A stretch of DNA of 64,000 nucleotides from Patescibacteria group bacterium (GTDB lineage: Bacteria; Patescibacteriota; JABMPQ01; JAQVVF01). A model generated the notes under the pieces. It did not search any database. It saw only the letters and a list, made by a program, of their open reading frames with translations, and was not told the DNA's origin. Location of the stretch: assembly GCA_041662665.1 (NCBI GenBank), contig JBAZSC010000003.1, positions 4,603 to 68,602 on the forward strand, in the 5' to 3' direction. The position numbers were made by a program, and so were the translations under genes. This document shows, piece by piece, positions 59,903 through 64,000 of the stretch. Every line of letters begins with the position of its first letter. The stretch's first letter is position 1.

Positions 59903-61450
59903 ATGAAATTGTTTGAAAAGTATAAAAAATATTTTATATCAGGCGCGTTGATTTTAGGTATCTCTTCTTTTTTATCGCGCTTTTTAGGTTTGGTTAGAGA
60001 TAGATTATTTGCTGAACAATTTGGTGCAGGCAGAGATTTGGATGCATATTATGCAGCATTTAGAATTCCAGATTTTATTTTTAATTTGTTGATTTTAGGC
60101 GCATTATCTTCGGCATTTATTCCAATTTTTGTTGATTATTTATCACAAAAAAAACAAAAAGAAGCATGGCATTTGGCTAATTCGTTACTGAATATTATTC
60201 TAGGAATTACGATTGTAATTTGCGCGATTATATTTATTTTTGCGCCTCATTTGATGTTTTTGATTGCGCCTGGATTTAGCGGATCTGAAAAAGAGTTAAC
60301 TGCACAATTAACTCGAATCATGCTTTTGTCGCCGATATTTTTTGGATTTTCGAATATCGCTGGTGCGATTTTAACTTCATATAAAAGATTCTTTTTTTAT
60401 GCTTTAGCTCCAATAATGTATAATTTAGGAATTATTTTTGGAGCTTGGTTTTTAGTTGATCCTTATGGTATAAAAGGAATAGCTTATGGTGTTGTAATTG
60501 GCGCATTTTTGCATTTTATTGTTCAACTGCCAAGTATTTATAAATTAGGTTATCGTTATAAATTCATTTTTGATTATACGCATAAGGGTGTTCAGAGAGT
60601 TGTAAATTTAATGATTCCATCAATTATGGGTCTTGCAATGACACAGATAAATCTTTGGGTAATTACAGTAATTGCATCATTAATTTCAGTCGGCAGTATT
60701 ACTATTTTTAATTTTGCGAGCAATTTGCAATATTTTCCAGTCGGAGTATTCGGAATATCAATTGGTCTTGCTGCTTTTCCAAAATTAGCTGAAGCAGTTT
60801 CGTTAAAAAAATCAATGTTGTTTAAAAATACTTTCTCTTTTGCATTTTCGAAAATTATGTTTTTTGTAATTCCAATTTCTGTTTTTATGCTGTTGATGCG
60901 CGCGCAAATTGTTAGGTTAGTTTTAGGTTCTGGAAAATTTGATTGGGAAGATACATATTTAACAGCGCAATCTTTAGGACTTTTTACTTTAAGTTTGTTT
61001 GCTCAAGCATTAATTCCTCTTTTAGTCAGGTCTTTTTATTCGATGCAAGATGCAAAGACTCCAGTTTTTATTAGTATAGTTTCAATGATAACAAATATTG
61101 CTGGCGGATTAATATTATCAAAATATTTTGGTGTATTAGGATTGGCTTTAGCGTTTTCTTTTGCAGCATTGATAAATATGTTATTATTGTTTGTAGTATT
61201 GAGATATCGGCTTGGTGATTTGGGAGATTCGGAAATTATAAAAAGTATTTTAAAGACTTCTTTTTTAACAATCATTTCTGGAATAGTTTGTTATTGTTTA
61301 TTAATTATTATGGCGAATTTTGTTGATATGGAAACATTTATTGGAATATTATTGCAAGCAAGCGTTGCATTTGTTGGAGGAGCAGGAGTATTTATTCTAT
61401 TAGCTTGGGTGTTCAAGTTTCGTGAACTAGGAATTGTAAAAAGTAACTAG
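59903..61450 (+). CDS. murJ: Lipid II flippase MurJ
   Basis: SRFLGLVRD, DAYYAAFRIPD, GALSSAFIP, multiple TMs. Confidence 0.95.
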   Translation: MKLFEKYKKYFISGALILGISSFLSRFLGLVRDRLFAEQFGAGRDLDAYYAAFRIPDFIFNLLILGALSSAFIPIFVDYLSQKKQKEAWHLANSLLNIILGITIVICAIIFIFAPHLMFLIAPGFSGSEKELTAQLTRIMLLSPIFFGFSNIAGAILTSYKRFFFYALAPIMYNLGIIFGAWFLVDPYGIKGIAYGVVIGAFLHFIVQLPSIYKLGYRYKFIFDYTHKGVQRVVNLMIPSIMGLAMTQINLWVITVIASLISVGSITIFNFASNLQYFPVGVFGISIGLAAFPKLAEAVSLKKSMLFKNTFSFAFSKIMFFVIPISVFMLLMRAQIVRLVLGSGKFDWEDTYLTAQSLGLFTLSLFAQALIPLLVRSFYSMQDAKTPVFISIVSMITNIAGGLILSKYFGVLGLALAFSFAALINMLLLFVVLRYRLGDLGDSEIIKSILKTSFLTIISGIVCYCLLIIMANFVDMETFIGILLQASVAFVGGAGVFILLAWVFKFRELGIVKSN

Positions 61451-61476
61451 GAATTTGTAACTAGTAACTAAAAATT

Positions 61477-62052
61477 ATGGATGAAATAATTTTGGCAACT
61501 GGCTCGCCATATAGACAACAGTTATTCAGTAATTTAGGATTGAATTTTCGTGCTGAAAAAAGTGATGTTGATGAGAATTTTTCTGATCGACCAAGTGATC
61601 CTAAAAAATTAGTTATAGAATTAGCAAAAAGAAAAGCTTTAACAATTGCCAAGAAAAATAAAACAGGAATTGTAATTGGATTTGATTCGATTGGATATGC
61701 ATCCGGAAAGATATTAGAAAAGCCAGTTTCAAGAAAAGATGCTTTTAAAATGTTAAAAAAACTTTCAGGAAGTTCATGGTATTTTGTGACTGGAATTTTT
61801 ATAATTAATATTGAAAAAAATAAAAGTTTGAAAAAAGTTGTTTCAACAAAAATATATTTTAGACAAATTTCTGATTTTGAAATAAATAAATATCTTGATC
61901 AAGATAAAAATTATTGTACTTATGCTTCTGGATTTAATGCTTCAAAATATTATAGTTCAACTTTTTGCGATCGAATTTCTGGAAGCTATAATAATTTATG
62001 CGGAGGTTTGCCTTTAGAAGTAATTATAAAGATGTTAGATAAAATAAAATAA
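61477..62052 (+). CDS. maf: Maf family nucleotide pyrophosphatase
   Basis: IILATGSPYR, DVDE, LA.RKA, ILEKP, GLP. Confidence 0.85.
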   Translation: MDEIILATGSPYRQQLFSNLGLNFRAEKSDVDENFSDRPSDPKKLVIELAKRKALTIAKKNKTGIVIGFDSIGYASGKILEKPVSRKDAFKMLKKLSGSSWYFVTGIFIINIEKNKSLKKVVSTKIYFRQISDFEINKYLDQDKNYCTYASGFNASKYYSSTFCDRISGSYNNLCGGLPLEVIIKMLDKIK

Positions 62053-62074
62053 ATTTTTATAAATAAATAAAACA

Positions 62075-62175
62075 TCCACCTTCGCTTCTGCGGAAGCTTC
62101 GGTGGACAAGTTCCGCCTTCGCTCTGAGGAGCTTCTGCCTTCGCTGAAGCTTCGGCAGACAAGTCGGCGGACAAA
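62075..62175 (+). repeat. Three GC-rich REP-like copies, one tandem and one nested
   Basis: 62075-62110; 62112-62175 interrupted by 62134-62163. Confidence 0.88.
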
Positions 62176-62186
62176 GGAAAACAAAA

Positions 62187-63746
62187 ATGCGAAAAAAAGT
62201 ATTATTGGGAGTTGTATTTTTTGCGAGCATGATTTTGGCTTTTCTAGGCTTTGCAAAAATGACATTGGCTTGGACAGATATTACTGGCGCAATATCTGGT
62301 TCATCGGTAACGGATTTGTTATATGCATCTGATGGATCAATTTATGCTAGTGGTACATATAATGATGGAGAGTTAGCAAAAGTATGGCGATACACAAATG
62401 GATCTTGGATAGATATAACTGGCGATATTGTTGGATCAGGAGTCCAAACTTTAATACAGACATCAGATGGATCAATTTATGCTGGCGGACAATATAATCT
62501 TTTTCATGCAAGAGTTTGGAAATATGCAAATGGCGTTTGGACTGATGTAACTAGTGATATTAGTGGATATATAATCAATTCTTTAATGTTGGCATCCGAT
62601 GGCTCGATTTATGCAGGTGGAACTATGACAGAAAATGGTTCTGATTTTTTTGCACGAGTTTGGAAATATTCAAATAATATTTGGAGCGATATAACAGGTA
62701 CTTTGACTGGAACGGAAATTTATTCTTTAAAACAATTTTTTGATGGTTCAATTTATGCTGGTGGTTATGATGTTGATAATGCAAAAGTATGGAAATATTC
62801 TGATAATAGTTGGAACGATATTTCTTCTAATTTAAGCGAAGGTTCAGTGTATACTTTAGCTCAAACAAAAAGTGGATTGATCTTTGCTGGCGGTAATTTT
62901 GATCTTGGTTCTGGACAATTTGGCGGTGTTTATAGGTATGATAATGGAATGTGGAATAATGCAGGTTTAATGACTAATATCGTTGGAGGTGTTTATGATT
63001 TACAAACATTGGGTGATATTGTTTACGTTGGAGGTTATGAACCTACAGATTCTGGCCATGAAGCGAAAATATGGACTTATTCTAATGGTGTTTGGAGTGG
63101 AGATGTTTTAGGGATATCTACAGATTATCATACAGATGTAAGATCTTTATTGTTTGCTTCTGACGGTTTATATGCTGGTGGCGACCAAGCTTCTTTGGCA
63201 AAAGTATGGACCCGCTCATATACAACAGAAGAATGGCGCTTGATTGAAGAGAATAATTTAGAAAATGGCGATGAAGTGACATTACTTCCAGAATTAAATA
63301 CTCAAACTATTTCTGGTCAAGATCTTATTCTTAATTTTACAAAGCTTCCAAACAAATTAACAAAAAATAGCGCGTATTATATGCAATGGCAAAGATTTAA
63401 TGCATATCCAAAAAAATGGAAGAATGTTAAAAAGACTGCTTTAAAAAGATATTGGAAGTTAACTACGAATTTGAATAAATACAAAGCTAAAAAATCTTCA
63501 CAGAAATTTAAAGTAAAAGTGACTTTCAAATATACTAAAAAATTATTTAATGCTTTAAAAAAGAAAAATTCATTAGCTACAAAATCAAATTTGACTTTGA
63601 AGTATAGAAATAAAAAAACTTCTTGGAAAACTGTGACTTCTGTTTTTACTGATGCAAAATTAGTTAAAAAGAATAAGAAAATGATTGTAAAATATTTTAC
63701 TCATTTTCCTAAAAAGACAAACTATTTTGCAATTGGATTGAAATAG
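62187..63746 (+). CDS. Secreted beta-propeller protein with basic C-terminal domain
   Basis: Signal peptide; about 7 repeats of W.DITG...L...DGSIYAGG...VWKY. Confidence 0.82.
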   Translation: MRKKVLLGVVFFASMILAFLGFAKMTLAWTDITGAISGSSVTDLLYASDGSIYASGTYNDGELAKVWRYTNGSWIDITGDIVGSGVQTLIQTSDGSIYAGGQYNLFHARVWKYANGVWTDVTSDISGYIINSLMLASDGSIYAGGTMTENGSDFFARVWKYSNNIWSDITGTLTGTEIYSLKQFFDGSIYAGGYDVDNAKVWKYSDNSWNDISSNLSEGSVYTLAQTKSGLIFAGGNFDLGSGQFGGVYRYDNGMWNNAGLMTNIVGGVYDLQTLGDIVYVGGYEPTDSGHEAKIWTYSNGVWSGDVLGISTDYHTDVRSLLFASDGLYAGGDQASLAKVWTRSYTTEEWRLIEENNLENGDEVTLLPELNTQTISGQDLILNFTKLPNKLTKNSAYYMQWQRFNAYPKKWKNVKKTALKRYWKLTTNLNKYKAKKSSQKFKVKVTFKYTKKLFNALKKKNSLATKSNLTLKYRNKKTSWKTVTSVFTDAKLVKKNKKMIVKYFTHFPKKTNYFAIGLK

Positions 63747-63762
63747 AGTCGTTGATAATGCT

Positions 63763-63794
63763 AAGCCGTAAATAATTTCGTTTACGGCTTTTTT
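63763..63794 (+). terminator. Rho-independent terminator
   Basis: AAGCCGTAAA/TTTACGGCTT stem plus T run. Confidence 0.75.
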
Positions 63795-63838
63795 AATTTA
63801 TGTCATAATATATTTAATATTATTTATTAAAAACAAAA

Positions 63839-64000
63839 ATGAAAAAATTATTATTTGGACTTGTTTTTTGTGCAAGCCTAGCAATCAGTTGTATTGGTTT
63901 TGCTAAGACAACTCTAGCTTGGACAGATATAACAGGTAGTTTGAATGGGACAGAAATTAGCGATTTAGTACAGGCAACTGATGGATCAATTTATGCGTGT
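63839..64000 (+). CDS. Paralog of the beta-propeller protein, truncated by window end (not in ORF track)
   Basis: Translates MKKLLFGLVFCASLAISCIGFAKTTLAWTDITGSLNGTEISDLVQATDGSIYAC. Confidence 0.85.
   Translation, partial: MKKLLFGLVFCASLAISCIGFAKTTLAWTDITGSLNGTEISDLVQATDGSIYAC

Noticed and set aside
3384-61652. Numerous short minus-strand or off-frame ORFs inside long genes (e.g. 12374-12886, 17197-17661, 57176-57568)
   Set aside because: Shadow ORFs of conserved + strand genes with no recognisable motifs
61986-62332. ORFs 61986-62174, 62035-62265 and 62102-62332
   Set aside because: Translations of the REP cluster overlapping real genes
1-64000. Alternative genetic code (UGA=Gly, as in Gracilibacteria/Absconditabacteria)
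   Set aside because: Conserved genes translate full length in code 11 and secY ends at TGA in the expected place

Overview
Very AT-rich bacterial chromosome segment in which every credible gene is on the + strand. Gene content suggests Patescibacteria/CPR (Parcubacteria-like): no rpmD between rpsE and rplO, no Shine-Dalgarno motifs, a DUF4012-murJ locus and a group-3b-like hydrogenase. It carries (1) an interrupted str operon plus S10/spc operons to secY-adk-map; (2) a glycolysis/fermentation cluster (tpiA, fba, pgk, eno, gpmI, pduL, ackA) wrapped around a four-subunit NiFe hydrogenase; (3) recJ (frameshifted), rnhA and an enlarged RNase P RNA; (4) a polysaccharide/murJ locus; (5) secreted proteins sharing a basic C-terminal domain. 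The most striking unexplained signal is a set of small repeat elements. These are 7-9-nt tandem-unit hairpins of many sequence families and several GC-rich REP-like palindromes. They occupy most gene junctions, nest inside one another without target duplication, and appear in frame inside conserved enzymes and inside the RNase P RNA. A probable orphan DGR target gene with an A-depleted variable repeat is also present and shares an N-terminal leader with two other orphan proteins. No transposase, reverse transcriptase, tRNA, rRNA or CRISPR array was seen. All family calls are from motif recognition by eye, not database searches.
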